A DNA stretch of 64,000 bases, from the NCBI RefSeq assembly GCF_947568905.1, contig NC_079166.1:13888001-13952000 (forward strand), read 5' to 3'. Origin of the DNA: Ostrea edulis (Eukaryota). The translations under genes were made by a program, and so were the position numbers. Positions 10,108 to 23,900 of this stretch are shown in pieces. The notes beneath the pieces were generated by a model. The model was not told where the DNA came from and did no database searches. It worked only from the letters and a program-made list of their open reading frames with translations. How positions within the stretch are numbered: the stretch's first letter is position 1; the number at the start of each line of letters is the position of its first letter.

Positions 10108-13100
10108 ATATATAAGTTCACTCAACCACAACTCCTGGTGTTGAAAAGTAGCCAAATATATTTTCATTCGGGAGTATGATTTAGTACATGTAGTAGTAGA
10201 AGTGGTGATAGTATTATTAGTATTATTATTATCATTATTGTTAGCAGTTATTAGTAGTAGTGGTGGTAATCCCAACACGTACGTACCGAATCTCTTTGTG
10301 AAGATTTTCTGAAACATTTCACCTCTCCTCTATAACAGCAGATGCAGCCCAATAAAAAACCGAAAATACACAAAAGACACAAACACATCAACGCTAGTCC
10401 TGTGTAGAGAGATAGAGAACTATCGACAACACAAGATTCAGATATTTCTGGATTTGGAACACTGGGAGGTGGACAAACGTCATAACAATGTCCTTGGTAC
10501 ACGTAGTTGTCACATTCATAAAACTGAATGCATTTCTTTTGATAAATAACATAGTCATATGGGCAAACTGAAACACACACATTCACAGCATTCTCATAAT
10601 CAGTGTTATTCAAATATCTGTATGGTTTGGAACTTGGACAATCTTTGCTACAGTTTTGCCCCACAAGGACTTTGGTTTTTGGACAAATCTTAACACAGAG
10701 ATGATCATCAACATATAAAGTTTTGGAACATTTTTTTGTACAGATTTCTCCTCGTGTAGAATTCTCGGTATAGGTAGAGGATGGACAGGAGGTCACATTT
10801 CTGCAGATATTGTTGACAATTAACATGGTCTTGGGACATTTTTCTATGCAGTGGTTCGTTCCTTCAAATAGTACTGTATCGTTGGGACAGGAAGTAGAAT
10901 TCAAGCAAATTATCCCCTTTTTAGTTTTCTGCTGAAGAGCCGATATATCTGAACAGGTTTTTTCGCATATTTTGTTTTCAATATAAAATTTGTCTTTCGG
11001 ACACTTTTTATCGCATATGTTTCCGTTATAAACATACTTCATTGGGCATGATCGAGCACAAGTGTTATTATCGCTTATTATGTATGGCTGAAGTGTCGGA
11101 CATTCTGTCGTACAATTTGATAAGTAATACTTTAAATAGGTTGGGCATCGATCAAAACAGTGATCCTTGAAATGATAGGTTTTCTCGGGACATCTTCTCA
11201 CACACTCGTGTTCAATTCTTCCTTGATTTTCTTTAGTGTAATTTAAGGGAAAGTTTCGAGGACATGCAGAGACACACGTTTTGTTGAAGAATAAAGTGTT
11301 TCTGGGACAGTTGGTCACACACTGTCTGGTCTTCATCCAGAGAAATTTGTCACGAGGACACTCTGCAACACACTGCTGGTAATATATAGTAGACTTCCAA
11401 GATGGTGATGTATTGACATACGGGCTATCTCTCCCACATTTCTTTACACATTTTCCGTGATATCCAAAGGGTGATCTACTGGGACAAATAGAAACACATA
11501 CGTTTTTGTAAGACGCCATCATCACATCGCATCGTTCGGAACAAACGAAAATCTTATTAAAGGCCGACATATTCAGAGAGGCGAAAGGAACTGAAGAAGG
11601 ACACGTGGGATGACACGTGTTGTTAAAAAGAAAAGGACTATCACTCGGACAGGACAATTCACATCTACTACCATTAGTCACCGTAAAATATGGACATTCC
11701 TTTAAACAGTGATAAAGAAATGACGATCGAAACACCTGCGGATGTGAACTTGGACACCTCTGAAAACACGTCTTCCTTCCTGTATAGCAGATTCCTTCAC
11801 ATGAGTGTGCCATCATATACCTCGCTTCTAATGGACACTTCAAAACACAGGAATTATTGTAACCAATTGTGTAGTCTGGGCAGGTGTCGATACAGTTGCC
11901 GTCGAAACAAAACGGGTATTCTTTTTGGCAAATTGATTTGGGACAATTGAAGTTCTCGAGGTCACTGACACAGTACTTTATGAATCCATTTTCTTTAGCA
12001 CTCGTGTAAGTTGGACAATTGTCGTAGCACTTTTGTCTGTACACATATTGGTGTGAAGGACAGACCCTTTTACATTCATACTGCCATTCTTCATAGCCTA
12101 CTCTTTCTTTTACAAGGACTTCAGTGGGCTGGCATTTCACGTCAGATTCCTGAAATGATATTGTCCATAATCAATGGCATGATACGAACATAATGGAATC
12201 GTAATTAAGATTTGCAAATGTTTGAGAATTCGTATATCACAGATAGTTAAGGATATCGTGACGACAATGCGAGATCTGACATGCAAGCCCGAGTCACGTG
12301 CGATGTTACAATTGCAATTCTTTATTCTCCTTACCAATAGTACAAAGGTTTAATTGACAAAATACACAGACAAGTATTCATACAAATATACAATATGGTG
12401 TGTTCACAATATATACATATGTACAAACTGCAGCAATATAAACAAAATCATTACAGAGGGGACAAAGTATGATGGATAGCTTTTAAGAATTTACTTAATT
12501 TTCATAACGTGACAATATTGTTAGAATTAAAAATAGATTTTGCTGGTATTACATTTGGTGGCGACCTTTTCCCCATTTAATACATTGGTTTCTAATTGTA
12601 ACAAATCTACTACATTTAAACAAATAATGGTATTCATCATCAATTTCATTGTCATTACACAGGGTACATTTTCTTTAGGATCTTTCTATGCCGTAACATC
12701 TGCCAACTTCAACAGGTAATCGATTATTACATGTACGAAATCTACACAAAACTATTCTGTGAGAAGGATCAAGTATATCAAGGTATTTTTTAAAACAAAA
12801 GTTTTCTTTTATTATACGATAGAAAAATCCTTTTGATGAATCAAATGAATTACTATTCCATTTTTGTGCAAACTGATCACAGATCCGTTGCTTAATAGTA
12901 TGTTTGAATCATTCAAAATTAAAACCTTCCATTCGAATCGCACATATTACCGAAACCTATATTATTTTACATAAAGCATACACTTAGAAAGCATGAATCT
13001 TGTATGAATTTGCATTTAGTGGATACGCTCCCAATTCACCATATATCATATAACTTGGTGTTGAACGTATTAAATTCAATAATAATTTGCAATATTTTAA

Positions 13101-16100
13101 ATAAACCCATTCTAAACATTCAAAATTTCGTTGGACGATTGTTTTATGAAGAAAAATATGGACGGACATATAGTGACAATTCGTTACAAATGTAGGCGGA
13201 CATATAGGGACTCAACATCCATACAATGAAATCGGCTTTACAATGCAACAATAAAGACTGCACTGACAGCTTTCCGATAGCTTATGTAATCTTCCCTTCT
13301 CTAAACTCTCATAAACAGCCTTTAAGTTTTTTCTGAGCATTTCTTTTAATAGTGCTTTAATACAAAACCGATTTATAGGACAGTGATTGGTGTGTCATAC
13401 GTGTGTATACCGGGCCTTTGTAGTACAATTTTACTATACACTGTATTATCAGCTCCTAAAGGGACTCGTTCACGATTTTTGAAACAAAATGCATTTTTGA
13501 AGGAAAAAAATGCATTTTTGATGTTCAACATTAAAATATAACTGATTTAATTTTGACAGACAAAATTTTGACTTTCTGAATGCAAGAATAAAAGCAATAT
13601 TTTAGCCTTAAATCTGTGTTATGTAAACAAAGACTCGAGTCTCTTCATGTATACAAACAAACCAGTGAAATATTAATTTTGTAATATAAAGCATCTTAAT
13701 TTGGCATAGTCACGAATTTTACCTTTTAGATGACACATTCTACCCAAAGAATGCTTGAAATGTGAAAGATATACCGATAATAAACTTAGATTGATATACA
13801 TTTCTTTTGAAAATTTCGTAAACAATAACATACCGCAATCTTTGTTTACAAAACAAATAACAAAATCTGTAAAATGAGCTTCTGTGATAATGTATAACCT
13901 TGATTTTTTGTGAAATCTTTTAAATACATGAGATAATAGGTTTTGATCATTAAAAGTGAAAAACAAAATTTTGGGGGAAATCGTGAATCAGTTCCTATGG
14001 ACACGAGGTCCATTTTAATGATTATGTCCCCTTCAAAGAAGAGGGGCATATTGCTTTGCACCTGTCGGTCGGTATGTCGACCATATGTTGTCTGCTCAAT
14101 ATCTTGAGAAGCATTCACTTGATCGTAATATTTCATATGTAGGTTGGTTATGAGTAGAAGAGGACCCCTATCGATTTTCAGGTCAAAATCAGGATATAGG
14201 AATACACTGTCCGCTTAATATCTTGAGAACCCTTTGCTTGGCAGAAAGCAAACTCGTTTCACTGCATGGTACATCCTAAGGAGTACATAAAGCCTATTGA
14301 TTTTGAAGTCACATGATCAAAGGTCAAGGGTCAAACTGAACATAGGAATTTGCTGACCCTTCAATGTCTAGAGAACCCTTTACTTGACAGATATCAAACT
14401 TGGTACACTGGTATATCTTCAGGAGAAGATGCTCACTATTGATTTCGAGGTCACATGGTGAAAGGTCAAGGATCAAACTGGACATAGAAATATACTGTCC
14501 TCTTGATATCTTGAGAAACCTATATGACCCCTATTGATTTTGAGGTCACATGGTCAAAGGTGAAGGGTCAAATTGGACACATAAATATACTGTCGGCTCA
14601 ATATCTGGAGAACCCTTTGCTTGACAGACATCAAACTTGGTACACTGGTACATCTTAAGGTGTAGATGACCCCTATTGAATTTGAGGTCATCTTGTCAAA
14701 GGTCAAGGGTTGAACTGGACATAGTAATATATTATCTGTGGAAGGGGAAATATCCATTTGTTGCCAAAAGGGAAAGGTACATGTACCTTTTACCGGTAGT
14801 AAGAACAACCTAGATAAATCACTGTTGTATGTCCTCCCCGCGACTACCATGGGTTATCTTTATGTAATCAGGGTAGAGAAAAGTAAAATGTTATGCTAAT
14901 TTATAATGCTTAATTACATATTAACCAAATAATGTGTAATCAAACGTATTTATCACATACATGCAGTACATTAGTAGAAGAGGTCTAGTAGGGTATATTT
15001 TTTATGTACGCGGTACTAGCTCTCCCACACAATTGATCGCGAGTCAAAATGATTGGTAGGAGAGATGTACTATTCACCTCACCTGATAAGGGAGAGTGTC
15101 GAGGTATCTAATTTTATATAGGGAATTTGTAAAATTAACATGAAATATTTTCTTGTGGGAAATATAGATAATCTGGAATAGTTTTTGTCTGTATAGAAAT
15201 TAATATTGCTCGGTGAGGAATATTCCTATCACGAATGTGTTTCCATTTGCAGGCGCGGATCTAGAAATTTTTCAAAGGGGGGGGGGGTTGAAGAGGAAAT
15301 GCAGGGGCGAATCCAGGAATAGCTGTTACGGGGGGCACCACTTTATGAGGCAGGGGGTTTGGGGCCGCCTTGAGGCCTCCAGTGGGTCCAGGGGGCGAAG
15401 CTCCCGGAAGCTCTTGGATTTTACAGATTTTATAGGGCTTAAAACATGTCTCCTATCTAAGTCATTTTTACTATTTTCTATCATTCTTAATAAGGTGAAA
15501 TTAGTAAAATGACGCAAATTTTAAGGGTTTTTGGAAAAAATTAAGTTCTCCCAATGAAGTAATTCAAGAAATCAAAAAGATTTTGTCATTCATTTCTCCG
15601 GGAGTGGAAGAAGTTATTGCTTCTTTTATCGTTTAGTACATTTATCTAAACAATATAGGGGGGGGGGGGAGGGGGAGGGGGCGCCGGCTGAGCCCCCTTT
15701 AAATCCGCCACTGAAATGAGAGTTGTTATAACGTAGTTAAACGACAACTTAACAGGAATGCTATCAATTTGTATTTCTAAATTCAAATTTGGATTATTGT
15801 TATTGTATAATTATCAGACGTAGATCTGTCACTTGATTTTACACTCAAAGTCAATAAAAGCGTGCAATCGATGTCGCCGGCACTTTATTAGAAAATAAGC
15901 TATATCAAATCATATATTTTGTGTGCTATACATTCATGGACCCATAGCCTCCCTAGGCATGGTATACTTTTTATTTCCCCTTTACTTGTAAACTTGGTAG
16001 GAAGCGTAGATACCCTAATTTTGTAACATACGTGACTGTCGCCGACTCAATTTTTAAAATTGAACAAGCAAATACAAAAATCTGAGAGCGTGTTTTTTAA

Positions 16101-18239
16101 TTTCCTTTGCGTTAATATCATTTGTATTTCCTAAATTTTCATTCAATAAAAGTTTAACACCTTTTGCGCATGATTTTAAGCAGTGGTGTATATATTACTC
16201 CATGTCGCCAGATTATATTCTGTGATCATAGTGTCAATTAAACATCCAATCTATGGACAAAGATTTCGTCTTATTTATGATACATGTAACTATGCAACTC
16301 TACATTTATCAATTTGCTAGAATTCAGCATCTTTTCATAATATATCTTAGAAATGAAGGAGTTAATCTCTGATGATTGTTCTGTGCAATCTTATAGAGAA
16401 ATCATTTAAAAATATTTTATCTGAGTGTAACGTATGTTACCAGAAATTCCGTTACGTAATATTATTCTACTTGTTTTTAATTTTTTATTTATTTTTTCAG
16501 AAATGGCGCTTGTGAGAGCAGAAGTACAGAATAACTACGCCTCGGTTGACAATGGTTTTCTCGGGGTGAAAATTTTCAATGTTACCCTCAAATACATGCA
16601 ATATTAATATTTATATAAGAACAACCATGAGGAAAATGTTTTAGAAATAATATTATATGCTTCCCGTGTGGCAATACTGAAAAGGTAGAATGTCTGTATA
16701 GACAGTAAAAATAAAGGTTTAACTACTGGTCAAAGGCTACCATAATGATACATGTAAGTTTGATCTCTCAAAATACTTATAAGCAACTGGTCATTTGAGT
16801 CATTTTGTATGACCTTTGACCTTGTGACTTGAAATCCAATGGGGGTCTTCTATTCATTCATAAGGGGGCAACAGTGTTTCAAGTTTGATGTCTATCAAGG
16901 AAAGACTTCTCAACGGACAATAGCTTATGTCCAGAGTGGTTTAACCTTTGTCCTTTTGACCTCAAAATCAATAGGGGACATCTATGTTTTAAGGTTCATG
17001 TTAAATATTCATTCATAACACCACGTGATGGATTATACTGACAGTTTCTATGGAAAGGTATTCCAAAATAAGCAACAAAAAGATAAGATTCGGTATACAT
17101 TTAATCAAAATGTTGGGAAATTAAACATTATCTTTATATTATTATTGTAAACAGATTGTTAGAAATGTGTAAATATGTTTCTTTCCATTTTTTGAATAGA
17201 AATGATGTGTTTATAGTAATGAAATGAAGAATAAGAAACATACGTTACTTTCATTGTTTATTATAACAAAGAGCAATCCAGGTTTCAAAATATGTGTTTG
17301 TTATTTCTCTAAGAATCATGAGCATTCATATAGCGAAACATCAATCTTTTACTTTTGTTTTAATCGCATATTTATTGCAAATTAACAAATTCCGAAGAAA
17401 CGACACATTTGGTAATTGTTTTTGCTTGTCTACGTTATATGTCTATTAAAATTGGTATTTCCATTGAATTAAGTGATGTCATTATGATTTTGCAACATCA
17501 ATCGTAAAGAATAACTGATGATGACATCATTTTGGCATGATATTTTCATGGATGTACTGTTGTGTAAGTGTTGAACTTGAAACATCCGTTACATAATTAT
17601 AGCGCTACTTAATTTACATACAAAAAAGCTATCGTTCTATAGCTATTGCTAATCTTTTGTTTTCATGTTTCATACATATTGAACTGTTCGGGAATATTTG
17701 TTAATCAATTTTATTTTCTGCCATTTCAAAGATATTAAAAGTGATATCTAGTCGTTTATTTTGCGCTCTTAAAGTCTTATTGCTGACTTTTACAGCGGAT
17801 AATTTCTTGTTGTGTTGATTAAATATTTTCTTTCAAAACCTGCATTTATTGTCTTTCGCAAATTAGAAAAATATATGCTCAGTCAATTCCAATACAAGTT
17901 ATGGGGAAAAAAACATGGTAAATTAATGTTTATCTTACATATTATCATGTCAAGGAGTCAGTAACGAAGGTTACATGTGAGAAAAATCTCGAAAAATATA
18001 CCATACTTTGACCTTCTGTAAATTTTTTTTTATCATACTTAACTTGAAACAATTTGAGGTGAGTGTTCAACAGATATTTACCATTAATAAACGCATGTTA
18101 CCATATATATTTTGAATGGTCGATAAACCATGATTTTGAAACCCTCAATTGCACGCTTTTATTGACTTTGGGTGTTTAAAACGAATCCTGTTTTAAAATG
18201 CATTCCGATTTACTCCCAGTAATTCATTTTTTAAACAAA

Positions 18240-18282
<43 letters not shown>

Positions 18283-19766
18283 GAAGATGGCTAAAGTCAC
18301 AAGGACAAATATCTTGGTACCAGTAGAAAGATCTTGACAGGGATTTTCCACACCATTTTGGGAATGGGGCCTGGGCCTTTAGAATTGGGAATTTTAACGC
18401 CATTTTGTCCAAATTGGGAATTTTAGAAATTCACAGTTTTACAACATATTTCTTAAAAAACGCTTTTTTTTTTCAATAAAAAGATGAACATTTTCTCTTC
18501 ATTCATAGAAGTTTTTCTTATCATAATATTCTGTTTTTCATTGCAATCAGGGTTAAATGACACTTAAACCTATTTTTCAATGATGCATGGACTGATGGAA
18601 CACCAGCTTTCAAATTTCCAAGTGACCCTAGCTTCTAGTTCTCAGATGGTTCTTCAAAAATGTCAGGAAGAGAAAATAGACAGCATTTTCCCCATTTTAC
18701 TTGCAATTCATGGCTAATAATATTGTGTATTTATACTTTTGAATACTAGATGGATTTTTTTCAATTACAGTTGAATTAAATTTAGATTTAATCATGGAGT
18801 TTCAATTACATATTGTATTGCTTTGAAATTTGATATAAACAGCCTAACCATATATAAATCATTTTTCAAATCATGATCTAGTTCATCATGAAACTCTCTG
18901 TGATAATCTATGCCAATATACTTGTTCAATCAGTAGGAAAAGCACCAGGCTTGGGAAGTTATATTTTCATATCCAATAAAATGATTTTGTAAAGTAAATA
19001 TATATCTAAATGTACATATGTTAATATTAATGATAAAAGTAAGCTAAATTTGAACTAATGCTGCTTTATACAATGCAGCATACAATATCACAATTTCTGG
19101 TGATTAGACTCTCCAAACGAAGTGTGCTGCTTCAAAGATTAAAACAATTATTTTCACACGAAGTACACTGAAAATACATTCTAAATATATATGAGATTTA
19201 CCTAATAACTCTCAGATAGGTTAAGGAAGTGGGTACAATAAGAGAAGCAACAATATAGCACGTTTTAATCAAAGGAAAAAAATGGAGGAAATTCGGATTT
19301 ATCGAACTGTTGCCGATATTTGTGGAGTGTTTTATAAAATGAACTATGATGGTAGTTCAGCTGAATTGTATTGAATCATTCCACTTTGCCCATGACAATA
19401 TTGCAAAACAAGACAATTTTGTATTTGACTTGAATTGGGAAATTTTGTAGACAAATTGGGAAAAAATACTACTATTTTGCATTGGGAATGGGGCCGAATT
19501 TCGGCCCCCTACAACAGGGTGGAAAATCCCTGAGTCTTGTCACAAGAAATGCTCATGTACAATATGAAAGCTCTAATATTTACCATTTAAAAGTTATGAC
19601 CAAATGTAAAAAAAAAATAATAATAATAATAATTAAAAAGTAGGTCAAATGTCAAGGTCAAAAGGTTTAGTACCAACGGAAAGGTCTTGTCACAAGGAAC
19701 ACTCATGTAAAATATCAAAGCTCCACCACTTACAGTTCAAAAGTTATAAGCAAGGTTAAAATTTTC

Positions 19767-19804
<38 letters not shown>

Positions 19805-19835
19805 AAAAACTGTTGGTACCCATGGAAAGGTCTTG

Positions 19836-19871
<36 letters not shown>

Positions 19872-20451
19872 TCACTTACTGTTCAAAAGTTATTCACAAA
19901 GTTAAAGTTCCAGACAGAATGACCGAATGACGGACAGGACAAAAACAATATGCCCCCCTTCTTCGATCTCGGGGGCATAAAAATAAAATGAAATATTACA
20001 GATAAAAACTATATAAAAGATAATTTGAATTATCATCAACTCATAGAAATGTTGACGCACAATAAATTATTGTATAAACAATTTCCATCGCCTAGGATTT
20101 TAATAACTCTATAGTCATGCCATCCTCCCCCCCCCCCTCTCTCTCTCTCTTTTAGCGAATCCAAGGAGGGTGGTGTTGCAACACACACCCCCGTACCCCC
20201 CCCCTCTAGATCCGCCACTGATTTGAGAATCTGCAAAATTGCCCGAGATTCTACCATCATCAGATCATCTAAAAATATACATGTATAGGCCTACACCTAA
20301 CAACTTTATATGAATCTGTATTTTTCAATAAGATACATTCGTCCTTAGCAAAATGATAATAAGAACAAAACCAAGAAATACTTACTGCTTTGGAAACCAT
20401 AAAGGATATTGATAGACAAATGAAGAAATAAACAAAACGCTCCAGCTCCAT
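9805..20451 (-). CDS. Cysteine-rich (furin-like / PCSK5-like CxxxCP repeat) type-I membrane protein, 3 exons, 657 aa
   Basis: complement(join(9805-9849,10287-12149,20386-20451)), all phase 0, GT-AG. Signal peptide MELERFVYFFICLSISFMVSKA, ~25 CxxxC(P) units, many NxS/T sites, TM LYTGLALMCLCLLCIFGFLLGCICC, ~30-aa tail. Confidence 0.8.
10042..10100. repeat. (TA)n microsatellite
   Basis: Direct reading; (TAG/TAT)n also occurs at ~10185-10265. Confidence 0.95.
10287..12149 (-). CDS. Cys-rich receptor, main exon (1863 nt; ectodomain plus TM)
   Basis: Coincides with the 629-aa ORF; acceptor atcatttcag|GAA at 12149, donor TCG|GTACGT at 10287. Confidence 0.9.
12470..13400 (-). mobile_element. Degenerate RTE-X-type LINE 3' fragment
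   Basis: YCKLLLNL.RSTPSYMIYGELGAYPL, RFRTCNNRLPVEVGR, CTLCNDNEIDDEYHYLFKC with stops. Confidence 0.75.
13457..13998. mobile_element. MITE with aagggactcgttcacgatttt / aaatcgtgaatcagttcct termini
   Basis: Imperfect terminal inverted repeats. Confidence 0.55.
14022..14760 (+). mobile_element. Non-autonomous Helitron/HINE-like element with tandem core repeats
   Basis: Head ttatgtccccttcaaagaagaggggcatattg, (GGTC)n, then repeated gacccctattgattttgaggtcacatggtcaaagg units; relatives at 37700-38845, 46945-47640 and 63640-64000. Confidence 0.7.
15250..15713. mobile_element. MITE with caggcgcggat / atccgccactg termini and G-runs
   Basis: Terminal inverted repeats; a similar end occurs at ~20130-20220. 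Confidence 0.6.
18225..19985 (-). mobile_element. HINE-like element interrupted by a nested DNA element
   Basis: Reverse complement of the 28213-28900 family; halves at 18225-18337 and 19533-19985. Confidence 0.7.
18338..19532. mobile_element. Non-autonomous TIR DNA transposon (CA...TG ends; P/hAT-like)
   Basis: cagggattttccac ... gtggaaaatccctg; splits the host at tcttg. Confidence 0.7.
20386..20451 (-). CDS. Cys-rich receptor, exon 1 (signal peptide)
   Basis: ATG at 20451, 22 codons, GCA|GTAAGT donor, phase 0 matching the 12149 acceptor. Confidence 0.75.
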
Positions 20452-23400
20452 TGCGTTCGTTTTATGGTGCGGCGTATGCGACATAATGAAATGATAATTT
20501 TAGGAAATGGTAACGGTTTTCTTACACTTTGATCAGTGAAGAGTATGTGTAACATACAAAAGCTTTCGCTATCTAACTATTTTAGATGATTGATAACCCC
20601 GTTATTTGTGTACGTCCATATTATAATGATAATTAAGTCATTTGCGAATACAACATCCACGTGTACAATGAACATTTATGACACAATCCAAGAATTAAAA
20701 TTTACAGGATATCGTAACTATAAAAATGTGGGACTCTTCAGAAAAAAAAGAAGCTAAGAAAATGATGCGTCACTTGGGCAACTCTTATACATACAAAAGT
20801 GAGGCTGAAGACGACTCATTTCTCATACAAAAATATCTGCCTGATTAAGATTTGAAGGTTTTTTTTTTTCTTCTTCAGAATATTGCTATTGATTTAAAAT
20901 TCTGATGTTTGGTTGCGGAAACAAAACAAAATTTTTACGATACCGTTTATTTCCTCTACTGTATGTATTTACTTAAACGAGATTTTCTCAAGTCATTATA
21001 ACAACCGACCACTATGAAATGATACAATTTTTGATGCATACAAATAATCACAATTTATGCATATCAATTTCCAGACACGTACAATATTGAAAATGCCAGT
21101 AGAACCGATGAATTGTGGACACTCCCCCCTTTTTAACGATAGAACTACTTTTTTGCTAAAAGGTAACAACGGATTTTCATACAGATATAACGGCAACTTT
21201 TTTCTCCGTTTGCTCCCCACCCCACAACTTTGAAAAACGACCCAAAGCGCCTAAATTTACTATATCTGATAGTAACGTGTACTTGTTTCATGAAAATTAA
21301 CGCAGAAAATGTGATCGCGTTCAAACTCCGTACAGTGTCAATTTCTGCGGGACTACTTTCCCCTACGAATTGATGTTAGCGTAACGGAATATACTGAGCT
21401 GACCGGAGCTTGGATAGATTAAATATTAAAACCTCGTCAGAATCGGGGACGAAATAATGGTTCCGATATCCCGTAATACATAGTACATCCATTGCGTAAA
21501 AACTATTATAAGGTGGCTCAATACACCAAAATATTATCTAAGAGCTCGTTAAAGAACCTCATGTGAAGTATGATTTCATCATCGAAAGAGTGATACAAAT
21601 TGTAATAAAGTGATGCTAAATTATTTTATATAATTGATTTTTGTTTTTGTTTTTTCTAGTTTTCCCCCGAGAGCTATTTTGTTTCTATATGAGAGTTTTC
21701 AATAAAACATGCAGTCAGAAGTTCTTATTCTTTGACTATAAAATATTTTTGAGAAGTGTAACGGTTAGGGCTTATTTAATAACGTTTATTAAATCTACGG
21801 CTCAAATCTTCAAGAAATATGTCATTTGGAAAACGGATATATTGAGCAAATATATTTTTTTTTAAATGGCCAAAATTCATAAATATGATCGCTACATGTA
21901 TTTTTGTTAATGAGATGGCTGATATGGAAACAATGTTCAATCTAATACGTTCTCAAATGTCAGGACAAATTTGCTAGAGTGTGCGGGTCATTTCGAGATG
22001 GTAGGAAAAATAAATATAAAATGAATGACGGAAACTAAATGAATCCTATCTTCCTAGTTCCCTACTCTATATTTCAATAATTACAAAGGCTTTCAAGATA
22101 CTCTTTTATGAAAACATGTTACATAGAGGTTAATCATATGATATATATAAAGAAACACACACATATACATATATCAAAATATCATTTATCATACGTGCTT
22201 TCTTTAGATTTACATTTTGTAAACAAAGATCGACAGTTTTTTAAAAATCTTATTTCGAAAAGTATCAAAAGACATGTTCTCTATTTGAAATCTGCATTTT
22301 ATTTATATTTATATATCGTAAGACAAATTAAAGATAGGGAATTATTCATTCTAGTTGTTTTTGTATTGATTTCGTTGTAAAAACCAGGCGCCAATGTTCT
22401 CCAGGTCTCTATGAGATTGAGTACTGTTCCTTAAGGTAAGGTTTGCAACAAAAGGGAAATAATTCTGGATATACGGTTACAGAAATAGCCGAGTAGTTAC
22501 GATTGTCTATTACCGCTGTCAAGCGGCGTATGTGTAAATCTCCATGACAAAATAATGATAATAATTCTCAAATGATCATTTATTAATTATTTTCCTTGAG
22601 ATTATTTCAAAGATGTAATATGTAAGACAGGTTCGGGCTAATGTATGACGAAGCAGGGGCGCGTTTTACAAAAGAACTTACGACTTATGTCAAACTTTAA
22701 ATACTGGAATTTTGAACTTTACTGTAAATCATTCACTCCGAATGCAAAATATTTTGTGTAGAACATATTGAAAATTAAGCCTCAGAAAAGTTTTTATTCA
22801 TTCATTTAAAGTAATAACTGTAAACTTACGACTTTGTCGTAAGTTGTTTTGTAAAACAGGCCCCAGGACCGTCGAAAACCCGCCAGGATATTGTATTGAA
22901 TTTAGAAAAAAACAAAACAAACAAAAACCAAAAAAACAAAAACAAAAAAAAACCAAAAAAAAAAACCAACAAACATCTTAATTTCTAATTAATGTGATAC
23001 TACAATACTTGACAAATGAATGTAAATATCTTTTTGGGGCTGGAATTGTATCTTATTCATGAAAATGCTCAATGTACTCTTCAAAAGTTGTACAATTATA
23101 AAACAAAGTGACAAATCGCATAAATGAAATAATTGTTTTTAATCTGTTACCATGGAAACAAAGTCCGGTGGGTCGTAATTCTATATGTTTTCTTAAATAT
23201 TTATGGTCCAAATATTATGTTTAATGTATTTTTGTCTGACGTAAACCTTATAAAGCTGCTCAATATACATATTTTGTTGCCATGGCAACCAATTTAAATT
23301 TTATTCAAGAAATAAAAAGTGCTATTTTTTGTGTTTTAAAATAAAAAAAGTTCTACCAATTATTATAACCTTATAGATAATACTCTTTTTAAAAATTCTA

Positions 23401-23900
23401 CCAGCATTTTACCCCATAAGTTTGCCTCGTAGTTTTTATACCACTAGTAGATCTATTCCCTTTTGTACAAAGATCCCGAAAATGTAAAACATCACAAAAA
23501 TAAGCCCATCTGGTCTAAAAACGACACGGGCGATTTTTTTTTAAAAAGTCAATTTTAAAAGATAAATTCCTACTGAACATACTGATATATGCAACATGAC
23601 TTTGTTCTCTACATATCAAAATGTCGCAGGCCTATCACTTGTTCATCCTAAAATGATCAAATTAGTCTAATGCCGTTATAAACATAATGACTATTCTGAT
23701 CATTGCATAATATCATGGGTAGCAGAACTATATACCCTAATCTTATCATTTTGATTTTGCAGCACGATGCAACATACTCTCCACAAGATGAAAATTACGA
23801 AATAATGGCTATTCTACGAATCCATAATTTTGAGAATCGAAAACAAAAGTATATTTCCTAAAAATACCAGAACTCGCGATCGCCTGGACTAAAAATAGAA
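20452..23900. promoter_or_regulatory. Putative divergent (bidirectional) promoter region between the Cys-rich receptor and TIR paralog 2
   Basis: Head-to-head start codons 3.45 kb apart; locally CpG-richer stretch at ~21230-21500. TSSs are not determinable from sequence. Confidence 0.5.
22656..22865. mobile_element. MITE (PIF/Harbinger-like)
   Basis: gggcgcgttttacaaaagaacttacgac ... gtcgtaagttgttttgtaaaacaggccc, flanked by CAG/CAG. Confidence 0.6.

Noticed and set aside
12137-12337. 66-aa ORF as the N-terminus of the Cys-rich gene
   Set aside because: It is in a different frame and overlaps the intron acceptor; the 20451 exon supplies a better in-phase signal peptide.
16490-16600. Possible + strand exon (ttttcag|aaATGGCGCTTGTGAGAGCA...)
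   Set aside because: No partner exons or recognisable product; it is antisense within an intron and probably a repeat remnant.
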